Part shown: positions 38,901 to 51,600 of the stretch, one piece after another
Numbering within the stretch: the stretch's first letter is position 1
How the letters are laid out: each line of letters begins with the position of its first letter
NCBI GenBank assembly: GCA_964016885.1
Contig: OZ024744.1
Location: forward strand, 3,534,001-3,598,000
Direction: 5' to 3'
Length of the DNA stretch: 64,000 bases
Origin: Eledone cirrhosa
Lineage: Eukaryota
Program-made: the position numbers and the translations under genes
The notes under the pieces: generated by a model
The model's database searches: none
What the model saw: the letters and a program-made list of their open reading frames with translations, nothing else
Told to the model about the DNA's origin: nothing

Positions 38901-41900
38901 TGGTGAAGAACGAAGTTTTGGGGGAAGACAAGGTAGAGAAAGATAGCTTGGTGAAGAACGAAGTTTTGAGGGAAGACAAGGTAGAGAAAGATAGCTTGGT
39001 GAATAACGAAGTTTTGGGAGAAGACAAGGTAGAGAAAGATAGCTTGGTGAAGAACGACGTTTTGAGGGAAGACAAGGTAGAGAAAGATAGCTTGGTGAAG
39101 AACGAAGTTTTGGGGAAGACAATGTAGAGAAAGATAGCTTGGTGAAGAACGAAGTTTTGGGGGAAGACAAGGTAGAGAAAGATAGCTTGGTGAAGAACGA
39201 AGTTTTGAGGGAAGACAAGGTAGAGAAAGATAGCTTGGTGAATAACGAAGTTTTGGGAGAAGACAAGGTAGAGAAAGATAGTTGGTGAAGAACGAAGTTT
39301 TGAGGGAAGACAAGGTAGAGAAAGATAGCTTGGTGAAGAACGACGTTTTGTGGGAAGACAAGGTAGAGAAAGATAGCTTGGTGAAGAACGACGTTTTGTG
39401 GGAAGACAAGGTAGAGAAAGATAGCTTGGTGAAGAACGAAGTTTTGGGGGAAGACAAGGTAGAGAAAGATAGCTTGGTGAAGAACGAAGTTTTGGGGGAA
39501 GACAAGGTAGAGAAAGATAGCTTGGTGAAGAACGAAGTTTTGAGGGAAAACAAGGTAGAGAAAGATAGCTTGGTGAATAACGAAGTTTTGGGAGAAGACA
39601 AGGTGGAGAAAGATAGCTTGGTGAAGAACGAATTTTGAGGGAAGACAAGGTAGAGAAAGATAGCTTGGTGAAGAACGACGTTTTGTGGGAAGACAAGGGA
39701 GAGAAAAATAGATTGGTGAAGGACGAAGTTTTGAGGGATGACAAGGTAGAGAAAGATGACTTGGTGAAGAACGAAGTTTTGGGGGAAGACAAGGTAGAGA
39801 AAGATAGCTTGGTGAAGAACGAAGTTTTGGGGGAAGACAAGGTAGAGAAAGATAGCTTGGTGAAGAACGAAGTTTTGGGGGAAGACAAGGTAGAGAAAGA
39901 TAGCTTGGTGAAGAACGAAGTTTTGAGGGAAGACAAGGTAGAGAAAGATAGCTTGGTGAATAACGAAGTTTTGGGAGAATACAAGGTAGAGAAAGATAGC
40001 TTGGTGAAGAACGATGTTTTGAGGGAAGACAAGGTAGAGAAAGATAGCTTGGTGAAGAACGACGTTTTGAGGGAAGACAAGGTAGAGAAAGATAGCTTGG
40101 TGAAGAACGACGTTTTGTGGGAAGACAAGGTAGAGAAAGATAGCTTGGTGAAGAACGAAGTTTTGGGGGAAGACAAGGTAGAGAAAGATAGCTTGCGAAG
40201 AACGAAGTTTTGGGGGAAGACAAGGTAGAGAAAGATAGCTTGGTGAAGAACGAAGTTTTGGGGGAGGACAAGGTAGAGAAAGATAGCTTGGTGAAGAACG
40301 ACGTTTTGAGGGAAGGCAAGGTAGAGAAAGATAGCTTGGTGAAGAACGAAGTTTTGACGGAAGACAAGGTAGAGAAAGATAGCTTGGTGAAGAATGACGT
40401 TTTGTGGGAAGACAAGGTAGAGAAAGATAGCTTGGTGAATAACGAAGTTTTGAGGGAAGACAAGGTAGAGAAAGATAGCTTGGTGAAGAACGAAGTTTTG
40501 GGGGAAGACAAGGTAGAGAAAGATAGCTTGGTGAAGAACGAAGTTTTGAGGTAAGACAAGGTAGAGAAAGATAGCTTGGTGAAGAACGACGTTTTGTGGG
40601 AAGACAAGGTAGAGAAAGATAGCTTGTTGAATAACGAAGTTTTGGGAGAAGACAAGGTAGAGAAAGATAGCTTGGTGAAGAACGACGTTTTGAGGGAAGA
40701 CAAGGTAGAGAAAGATAGCTTGGTGAAGAACGAAGTTTTGGGGAAGACAATGTAGAGAAAGATAGCTTGGTGAAGAACGAGGTTTTGGGGGAAGACAAGG
40801 TAGAGAAAGATAGCTTGGTGAAGAACGAAGTTTTGGGGGAAGACAAGGTAGAGAAAGATAGCTTGGTGAAGAACGACGTTTTGAGGGAAGACAAGGTAGA
40901 GAAAGATAGCTTGGTGAAGAACGAAGTTTTGGGGAAGACAATGTAGAGAAAGATAGCTTGGTGAAGAACGAAGTTTTGGGGGAAGACAAGGTAGAGAAAG
41001 ATAGCTTGGTGAAGAACGAAGTTTTGGGGGAAGACAAGGTAGAGAAAGATAGCTTGGTGAATAACGAAGTTTTGGGAGAAGACAAGGTAGAGAAAGATAG
41101 CTTGGTGAAGAACGACGTTTTGAGGGAAGACAAGGTAGAGAAAGATAGCTTGGTGAAGAACGACGTTTTGTGGGAAGACAAGGTAGAGAAAGATAGCTTG
41201 GTGAAGAACGAAGTTTTGGGGGAAGACAAGGTAGAGAAAGATAGCTTGGTGAAGAACGAAGTTTTGGGGGAAGACAAGGTAGAGAAAGATAGCTTGGTGA
41301 AGAACGAAGTTTTGGGGGAAGACAAGGTAGAGAAAGATAGCTTGGTGAATAACGACGTTTTGAGGGAAGACAAGGTAGAGAAAGATAGCTTGGTGAAGAA
41401 CGACGTTTTGTGGGAAGACAAGGTAGAGAAAGATAGCTTGGTGAAGAACGAAGTTTTGGGGGAAGACAAGGTAGAGAAAGATAGCTTGGTGAAGAACGAA
41501 GTTTTGGGGAAGACAATGTAGAGAAAGATAGCTTGGTGAAGAACGAAGTTTTGGGGGAAGACAAGGTAGAGAAAGATAGCTTGGTGAAGAACGAAGTTTT
41601 GAGGGAAGACAAGGTAGAGAAAGATAGCTGGGTGAATAACGAAGTTTTGGGAGAAGACAAGGTAGAGAAAGATAGCTTGGTGAAGAACGACGTTTTGAGG
41701 GAAGACAAGGTAGAGAAAGATAGCTTGGTGAAGAACGAAGTTTTGGGGAAGACAATGTAGAGAAAGATAGCTTGGTGAAGAACGAAGTTTTGGGGGAAGA
41801 CAAGGTAGAGAAAGATAACTTGGTGAAGAACGAAGTTTTGAGGGAAGACAAGGTAGAGAAAGATAGCTTGGTGAATAACGAAGTTTTGGGAGAAGACAAG

Positions 41901-42339
41901 GTAGAGAAAGATAGTTGGTGAAGAACGAAGTTTTGAAGGAAGACAAGGCAGAGAAAGATAGCTTGGTGAAGAACGAAGTTTTGAGGGAAGACAAGGTAGA
42001 GAAAGATAGCTTGGTGAAGAACGACGTTTTGTGGGAAGACAAGGTAGAGAAAGATAGCTTGGTGAAGAACGAAGTTTTGAGGGAAGACAAGGTAGAGAAA
42101 GATAGCTTGGTGAATAACGAAGTTTTGGGAGAAGACAATGTCGAGAAAGATAGCTTGGTGAAGAACGAAGTTTTGAGGGAAGACAAGGTAGAGAAAGATA
42201 GCTTGGTGAAGAACTAAGTTTTGGGGGAAGACAAGGTAGAGAAAGATAGCTTGGTGAAGAACGAAGTTTTGGGGGAAGACAAGGTAGAGAAAGATAGCTT
42301 GGTGAAGAACGAAGTTTTGAGGGAAGACAAGGTAGAGAA

Positions 42340-45110
42340 AGATAGCTTGGTGAAGAACGACGTTTTGTGGGAAGACAAGGTAGAGAAAGATAGCTTGGTG
42401 AAGAACGAAGTTTTGTGGGAAGTCAAGGTAGAGAAAGATAGCTTGGTGAAGAACGAAGTTTTGGGGGAAGACAAGGTAGAGAAAGATAGCTTGGTGAAGA
42501 ACGAAGTTTTGGGGGAAGACAAGGTAGAGAAAGATAGCTTGGTGAACAACGAAGTTTTGGGGGAAGACAAGGTAGAAAAAGATAGCTTGGTAAAGAACGA
42601 AGTTTTGGGGAAAACAATGTAGAGAAAGATAGCTTGGTGAAGAACGAAGTTTTGGGGGAAGACAAGGTGGAGAAAGATAGCTTGGTGAAGAACGAAGTTT
42701 TGGGGAAGACAATGTAGAGAAAGATAGCTTGGTGAAGAACGAAGTTGTGGGGGAAGACAAGGTAGAGAAAGATAGCTTGGTGAAGAACGAAGTTTTGGGG
42801 GAAGACAAGGTAGAGAAAGATAGCTTGGTGAAGAACGACGTTTTGAGGGAAGACAAGGTAGAGAAAGATTGCTTGGTGAAGAACGATGTTTTGGGGAAGA
42901 CACTGTAGAGAAAGATAGCTTGGTGAAGAACGAAGTTTTGAGGGAAGACAAGGTAGAGAAAGATAGCTTGGTGAATAACGAAGTTTGGGAGAAGACAAGG
43001 TAGAGAAAGATAGTTGGTGAAGAACGAAGTTTTGAGGGAAGACAAGGTAGAGAAAGATAGCTTGGTGAAGAACGACGTTTTGAGGGAAGACAAGGTAGAG
43101 AAAGATAGCTTGGTGAAGAACGACGTTTTGTGGGAAGACAAGGTAGAGAAAGATAGCTTGGTGAAGAACGAAGTTTTGGGGGAAGACAAGGTAGAGAAAG
43201 ATAGCTTGGTGAAGAACGAAGTTTTGGGGAAGACAATGTAGAGAAAGATAGCTTGGTGAAGAACGAAGTTTTGGGGGAAGACAAGGTAGAGAAAGATAGC
43301 TTGTGAAGAACGAAGTTTTGAGGGAAGACAAGGTAGAGAAAGATAGCTTGGTGAATAACGAAGTTTTGGGAGAAGACAAGGTAGAGAAAGATAGCTTGGT
43401 GAAGAACGACGTTTTGAGGGAAGACAAGGTAGAGAAAGATAGCTTGGTGAAGAACGAAGTTTTGGGGAAGACAATGTAGAGAAAGATAGCTTGGTGAAGA
43501 ACGAAGTTTTGGGGGAAGACAAGGTAGAGAAAGATAGCTTGGTGAAGAACGAAGTTTTGAGGGAAGACAAGGTAGAGAAAGATAGCTTGGTGAATAACGA
43601 AGTTTTGGGAGAAGACAAGGTAGAGAAAGATAGTTGGTGAAGAACGACGTTTTGTGGGAAGACAAGGTAGAGAAAGATAGCTTGGTGAAGAACGAAGTTC
43701 TGATGGAAGACAAGGTAGAGAAAGATAGCTTGGTGAAGAACGACGTTTTGTGGGAAGACAAGGTAGAGAAAGATAGCTTGGTGAAGAACGAAGTTTTGTG
43801 GGAAGTCAAGGTAGAGAAAGATAGCTTGGTGAAGAACGAAGTTTTGGGGGAAGACAAGGTAGAGAAAGATAGCTTGGTGAAGAACGAAGTTTTGGGGGAA
43901 GACAAGGTAGAGAAAGATAGCTTGGTGAACAACGAAGTTTTGGGGGAAGACAAGGTAGAAAAAGATAGCTTGGTAAAGAACGAAGTTTTGGGGAAAACAA
44001 TGTAGAGAAAGATAGCTTGGTGAAGAACGAAGTTTTGGGGGAAGACAAGGTGGAGAAAGATAGCTTGGTGAAGAACGAAGTTTTGGGGAAGACAATGTAG
44101 AGAAAGATAGCTTGGTGAAGAACGAAGTTGTGGGGGAAGACAAGGTAGAGAAAGATAGCTTGGTGAAGAACGAAGTTTTGGGGGAAGACAAGGTAGAGAA
44201 AGATAGCTTGGTGAAGAACGACGTTTTGAGGGAAGACAAGGTAGAGAAAGATTGCTTGGTGAAGAACGATGTTTTGGGGAAGACACTGTAGAGAAAGATA
44301 GCTTGGTGAAGAACGAAGTTTTGAGGGAAGACAAGGTAGAGAAAGATAGCTTGGTGAATAACGAAGTTTGGGAGAAGACAAGGTAGAGAAAGATAGTTGG
44401 TGAAGAACGAAGTTTTGAGGGAAGACAAGGTAGAGAAAGATAGCTTGGTGAAGAACGACGTTTTGAGGGAAGACAAGGTAGAGAAAGATAGCTTGGTGAA
44501 GAAGGACGTTTTGTGGGAAGACAAGGTAGAGAAAGATAGCTTGGTGAAGAACGAAGTTTTGGGGGAAGACAAGGTAGAGAAAGATAGCTTGGTGAAGAAC
44601 GAAGTTTTGGGGAAGACAATGTAGAGAAAGATAGCTTGGTGAAGAACGAAGTTTTGGGGGAAGACAAGGTAGAGAAAGATAGCTTGTGAAGAACGAAGTT
44701 TTGAGGGAAGACAAGGTAGAGAAAGATAGCTTGGTGAATAACGAAGTTTTGGGAGAAGACAAGGTAGAGAAAGATAGCTTGGTGAAGAACGACGTTTTGA
44801 GGGAAGACAAGGTAGAGAAAGATAGCTTGGTGAAGAACGAAGTTTTGGGGAAGACAATGTAGAGAAAGATAGCTTGGTGAAGAACGAAGTTTTGGGGGAA
44901 GACAAGGTAGAGAAAGATAGCTTGGTGAAGAACGAAGTTTTGAGGGAAGACAAGGTAGAGAAAGATAGCTTGGTGAATAACGAAGTTTTGGGAGAAGACA
45001 AGGTAGAGAAAGATAGTTGGTGAAGAACGACGTTTTGTGGGAAGACAAGGTAGAGAAAGATAGCTTGGTGAAGAACGAAGTTCTGATGGAAGACAAGGTA
45101 GAGAAAGATA
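42340..45110. repeat. Higher-order tandem duplication, offset 1383 bp (29 monomers)
   Basis: ORF pairs 43014/44397 and 43634/45017. Shared variants are AAAGATTGC (~42870/44253) and AGCTTGTGAAG (~43300/44683). Confidence 0.85.
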
Positions 45111-48100
45111 GCTTGGTGAAGAACGAAATTTTGGGAGAAGACAAGGTAGAGAAAGATATCTTGGTGAAGAACGAAGTTTTGACGGAGGACAAGGTAGAGA
45201 AAGATAGCTTGGAGAAGAATGACGTTTTGTGGGAAGACAAGGTAGAGAAAGATAGGTTGGTGAAGAACGAAGTTTTGTGTGAAGACAAGCTAGAGAAAGA
45301 TAGCTTGGTGAAGAACGAAGTTTTGGGGGAAGACAAGGTAGAGAAAGATAGATTGGTGAAGAACGAAGTTTTGAGGGATGACAAGGTAGAGAAAGATGAC
45401 TTGGTGAAGAACGAAGTTTTGGGGGAAGACAAGGTAGAGAAAGATAGCTTGGTGAAGAACGAAGTTTTGGGGGAAGACAAGGTAGAGAAAGATAGCTTGG
45501 TGAAGAACGAAGTTTTGGGGGAAGACAAGGTAGAGAAAGATAGCTTGCGAAGAACGAAGTTTTGGGGGAAGACAACGTAGAGAAAGATAGCTTGGTGAAG
45601 AACGAAGTTTTGGGGGAGGACAAGGTAGAGAAAGATAGCTTGGTGAAGAACGACGTTTTGAGGGAAGACAAGGTAGAGAAAGATAGCTTGGTGAAGAACG
45701 AAGTTTTGACGGAAGACAAGGTAGAGAAAGATAGCTTGGTGAAGAATGACGTTTTGTGGGAAGACAAGGTAGAGAAAGATAGCTTGGTGAAGAACGAAGT
45801 TTTGAGGGAAGACAAGGTAGAGAAAGATAGCTTGGTGAATAACGAAGTTTTGGGAGAAGACAATGTCGAGAAAGATAGCTTGGTGAAGAACGAAGTTTTG
45901 AGGGAAGACAAGGTAGAGAAAGATAGCTTGGTCAAGAACGAAGTTTTGGGGGAAGACAAGGTAGAGAAAGATAGCTTGGTGAAGAACGAAGTTTTGAAGG
46001 AAGACAAGGTAGAGAAAGATAGCTTGGTGAAGAACGACGTTTTGTGGGAAGACAAGGTAGAGAAAGATAGCTTGGTGAAGAACGAAGTTTTGTGGGAAGT
46101 CAAGGTAGAGAAAGATAGCTTGGTGAAGAACGAAGTTTTGGGGGAAGACAAGGTAGAGAAAGATAGCTTGGTGAAGAACGAAGTTTTGGGGGAAGACAAG
46201 GTAGAGAAAGATAGCTTGGTGAACAACGAAGTTTTGGGGGAAGACAAGGTAGAAAAAGATAGCTTGGTAAAGAACGAAGTTTTGGGGAAAACAATGTAGA
46301 GAAAGATAGCTTGGTGAAGAACGAAGTTTTGGGGGAAGACAAGGTAGAGAAAGATAGCTTGGTGAAGAACGAAGTTTTGGGGAAGACAATGTAGAGAAAG
46401 ATAGCTTGGTGAAGAACGAAGTTGTGGGGGAAGACAAGGTAGAGAAAGATAGCTTGGTGAAGAACGAAGTTTTGGGGGAAGACAAGGTAGAGAAAGATAG
46501 CTTGGTGAAGAACGACGTTTTGAGGGAAGACAAGGTAGAGAAAGATAGCTTGGTGAAGAACGATGTTTTGGGGAAGACACTGTAGAGAAAGATAGCTTGG
46601 TGAAGAACGAAGTTTTGAGGGAAGACAAGGTAGAGAAAGATAGCTTGGTGAATAACGAAGTTTGGGAGAAGACAAGGTAGAGAAAGATAGTTGGTGAAGA
46701 ACGAAGTTTTGAGGGAAGACAAGGTAGAGAAAGATAGCTTGGTGAAGAACGACGTTTTGAGGGAAGACAAGGTAGAGAAAGATAGCTTGGTGAAGAACGA
46801 CGTTTTGTGGGAAGACAAGGTAGAGAAAGATAGCTTGGTGAAGAACGAAGTTTTGGGGGAAGACAAGGTAGAGAAAGATAGCTTGGTGAAGAACGAAGTT
46901 TTGGGGAAGACAATGTAGAGAAAGATAGCTTGGTGAAGAACGAAGCTTTGGGGGAAGACAAGGTAGAGAAAGATAGCTTGGTGAAGAACCAAGTTTTGAG
47001 GGAAGACAAGGTAGAGAAAGATAGCTTGGTGAATAACGAAGTTTTGGGAGAAGACAAGGTAGAGAAAGATAGCTTGGTGAAGAACGACGTTTTGAGGGAA
47101 GACAAGGTAGAGAAAGATAGCTTGGTGAAGAACGAAGTTTTGGGGAAGACAATGTAGAGAATGATAGCTTGGTGAAGAACGAAGTTTTGGGGGAAGACAA
47201 GGTAGAGAAAGATAGCTTGGTGAAGAACGAAGTTTTGAGGGAAGACAAGGTAGAGAAAGATAGCTTGGTGAAGAACGACGTTTTGTGGGAAGACAAGGTA
47301 GAGAAAGATAGATTGGTGAAGGACGAAGTTTTGAGGGATGACAAGGTAGAGAAAGATGACTTGGTGAAGAACGAAGTTTTGGGGGAAGACAAGGTAGAGA
47401 AAGATAGCTTGGTGAAGAACGAAGTTTTGGGGGAAGACAAGGTAGAGAAAGATAGCTTGGTGAAGAACGAAGTTTTGAGGGAAAACAAGGTAGAGAAAGA
47501 TAGCTTGGTGAATAACGAAGTTTTGGGAGAAGACAAGGTGGAGAAAGATAGCTTGGTGAAGAACGAATTTTGAGGGAAGACAAGGTAGAGAAAGATAGCT
47601 TGGTGAAGAACGACGTTTTGTGGGAAGACAAGGTAGAGAAAGATAGATTGGTGAAGGACGAAGTTTTGAGGGATGACAAGGTAGAGAAAGATGACTTGGT
47701 GAAGAACGAAGTTTTGGGGGAAGACAAGGTAGAGAAAGATAGCTTGGTGAAGAACGAAGTTTTGGGGGAAGACAAGGTAGAGAAAGATAGCTTGGTGAAG
47801 AACGAAGTTTTGGGGGAAGACAAGGTAGAGAAAGATAGCTTGGTGAAGAACGAAGTTTTGAGGGAAGACAAGGTAGAGAAAGATAGCTTGGTGAATAACG
47901 AAGTTTTGGGAGAATACAAGGTAGAGAAAGATAGCTTGGTGAAGAACGATGTTTTGAGGGAAGACAAGGTAGAGAAAGATAGCTTGGTGAAGAACGACGT
48001 TTTGAGGGAAGACAAGGTAGAGAAAGATAGCTTGGTGAAGAACGACGTTTTGTGGGAAGACAAGGTAGAGAAAGATAGCTTGGTGAAGAACGAAGTTTTG

Positions 48101-48699
48101 GGGGAAGACAAGGTAGAGAAAGATAGCTTGCGAAGAACGAAGTTTTGGGGGAAGACAAGGTAGAGAAAGATAGCTTGGTGAAGAACGAAGTTTTGGGGGA
48201 GGACAAGGTAGAGAAAGATAGCTTGGTGACGAACGAAGTTTTGACGGAAGACAAGGTAGAGAAAGATAGCTTGGTGAAGAATGACGTTTTGTGGGAAGAC
48301 AAGGTAGAGAAAGATAGCTTGGTGAATAACGAAGTTTTGAGGGTAGACAAGGTAGAGAAAGATAGCTTGGTGAAGAACGAAGTTTTGGGGGAAGACAAGG
48401 TAGAGAAAGATAGCTTGGTGAAGAACGAAGTTTTGAGGGAAGACAAGGTAGAGAAAGATAGCTTGGTGAAGAACGACGTTTTGTGGGAAGACAAGGTAGA
48501 GAAAGATAGCTTGGTGAAGAACGAAGTTTTGTGGGAAGTCAAGGTAGAGAAAGATAGCTTGGTGAAGAACGAAGTTTTGGGGGAAGACAAGGTAGAGAAA
48601 TATAGCTTGGTGAACAACGAAGTTTTGGGGGAAGACAAGGTAGAAAAAGATAGCTTGGTAAAGAACGAAGTTTTGGGGAAAACAATGTAGAGAAAGATA

Positions 48700-51600
48700 G
48701 CTTGGTGAAGAACGAAGTTTTGGGGGAAGACAAGGTAGAGAAAGATAGCTTGGTGAAGAAAGAAGTTTTGAGGGAAGACAAGGTAGAGAAAGATAGCTTG
48801 GTGAATAACGAAGTTTTGGGAGAAGACAAGGTAGAGAAAGATAGCTTGGTGAAGAACGACGTTTTGAGGGAAAACAAGGTAGAGAAAGATAGCTTGTTGA
48901 AGAACGAAGTTTTGGAGAAGACAATGTAGAGAAAGATAGCTTGGTGAAGAACGAAGTTTTGGGGGAAGACAAGGTAGAGAAAGATAGCTTGGTGAAGAAC
49001 GAAGTTTTGGGGGAAGACAAGGTAGAGAAAGATAGCTTGGTGAAGAACGACGTTTTGAAGGAAGACAAGGTAGAGAAAGATAGCTTGGTGAAGAACGAAG
49101 TTTTGGGGAAGACAATGTAGAGAAAGATAGCTTGGTGAAGAACGAAGTTTTGGGGGAAGACAAGGTAGAGAAAGATAGCTTGGTGAAGAAAGAAGTTTTG
49201 GGGGAAGACAAGGTAGAGAAAGATAGCTTGGTGAATAACGAAGTTTTGGGAGAAGACAAGGTAGAGAAAGATAGCTTGGTGAAGAACGACGTTTTGAGGG
49301 AAGACAAGGTAGAGAAAGATAGCTTGGTGAAGAACGACGTTTTGTGGGAAGACAAGGTAGAGAAAGATTGCTTGGTGAAGAACGAAGTTTTGGGGGAAGA
49401 CAAGGTAGAGAAAGATAGCTTGGTGAAGAACGAAGTTTTGGGGGAAGACAAGGTAGAGAAAGATAGCTTGGTGAAGAACGAAGTTTTGGGGGAAGACAAG
49501 GTAGAGAAAGATAGCTTGGTGAAGAACGACGTTTTGAGGGAAGACAAGGTAGAGAAAGATAGCTTGGTGAAGAACGACGTTTTGTGGGAAGACAAGGTAG
49601 AGAAAGATAGCTTGGTGAAGAACGAAGTTTTGGGGGAAGACAAGGTAGAGAAAGATAGCTTGGTGAAGAACGAAGTTTTGGGGAAGACAATGTAGGGAAA
49701 GATAGCTTGGTGAAGAACGAAGTTTTGGGGGAAGACAAGGTAGAGAAAGATAGCTTGGTGAAGAACGAAGTTTTGAGGGAAGACAAGGTAGAGAAAGATA
49801 GCTTGGTGAATAACGAAATTTTGGGAGAAGACAAGGTAGAGAAAGATAGCTTGGTGAAGAACGACGTTTTGAGGGAAGACAAGGTAGAGAAAGATAGCTT
49901 GGTGAAGAACGAAGTTTTGGGGAAGACAATGTAGAGAAAGATAGCTTGGTGAAGAACGAAGTTTTGGGGGAAGACAAGGTAGAGAAAGATAGCTTGGTGA
50001 AGAACGAAGATTTGGGAGAAGACAAGGTAGAGAAAGATAGTTGGTGAAGAACGAAGTTTTGAAGGAAGACAAGGCAGAGAAAGATAGCTTGGTGAAGAAC
50101 GAAGTTTTGAGGGAAGACAAGGTAGAGAAAGATAGCTTGGTGAAGAACGACGTTTTGTGGGAAGACAAGGTAGAGAAAGATAGCTTGGTGAAGAACGAAG
50201 TTTTGAGGGAAGACAAGGTAGAGAAAGATAGCTTGGTGAATAACGAAGTTTTGGGAGAAGACAATGTCGAGAAAGATAGCTTGGTGAAGAACGAAATTTT
50301 GAGGGAAGACAAGGTAGAGAAAGATAGCTTGGTGAAGAACGAAGTTTTGGGGGAAGACAAGGTAGAGAAAGATAGCTTGGTGAAGAACGAAGTTTTGGGG
50401 GAAGACAAGGTAGAGAAAGATAGCTTGGTGAAGAACGAAGTTTTGAGGGAAGACAAGGTAGAGAAAGATAGCTTGGTGAAAAACGACGTTTTGTGGGAAG
50501 ACAAGGTAGAGAAAGATAGCTTGGTGAAGAACGAAGTTTTGTGGGAAGTCAAGGTAGAGAAAGATAGCTTGGTGAAGAACGAAGTTTTGGGGGAAGACAA
50601 GGTAGAGAAAGATAGCTTGGTGAAGAACGAAGTTTTGGGGGAAGACAAGGTAGAGAAAGATAGCTTGGTGAACAACGAAGTTTTGGGGGAAGACAAGGTA
50701 GAAAAAGATAGCTTGGTAAAGAACGAAGTTTTGGGGAAAACAATGTAGAGAAAGATAGCTTGGTGAAGAACGAAGTTTTGGGGGAAGACAAGGTAGAGAA
50801 AGATAGCTTGGTGAAGAACGAAGTTTTGGGGAAGACAATGTAGAGAAAGATAGCTTGGTGAAGAACGAAGTTGTGGGGGAAGACAAGGTAGAGAAAGATA
50901 GCTTGGTGAAGAACGAAGTTTTGGGGGAAGACAAGGTAGAGAAAGATAGCTTGGTGAAGAACGACGTTTTGAGGGAAGACAAGGTAGAGAAAGATAGCTT
51001 GGTGAAGAACGATGTTTTGGGGAAGACACTGTAGAGAAAGATAGCTTGGTGAAGAACGAAGTTTTGAGGGAAGACAAGGTAGAGAAAGATAGCTTGGTGA
51101 ATAACGAAGTTTGGGAGAAGACAAGGTAGAGAAAGATAGTTGGTGAAGAACGAAGTTTTGAGGGAAGACAAGGTAGAGAAAGATAGCTTGGTGAAGAACG
51201 ACGTTTTGAGGGAAGACAAGGTAGAGAAAGATAGCTTGGTGAAGAACGACGTTTTGTGGGAAGACAAGGTAGAGAAAGATAGCTTGGTGAAGAACGAAGT
51301 TTTGGGGGAAGACAAGGTAGAGTAAGATAGCTTGGTGAAGAACGAAGTTTTGGGGAAGACAATGTAGAGAAAGATAGCTTGGTGAAGAACGAAGTTTTGG
51401 GGGAAGACAAGGTAGAGAAAGATAGCTTGGTGAAGAACGAAGTTTTGAGGGAAGACAAGGTAGAGAAAGATAGCTTGGTGAAGAACGAAGTTTTGAGGGA
51501 AGACAAGGTAGAGAAAGATAGCTTGGTGAATAACGAAGTTTTGGGAGAAGACAAGGTAGAGAAAGATAGCTTGGTGAAGAACGACGTTTTGAGGGAAGAC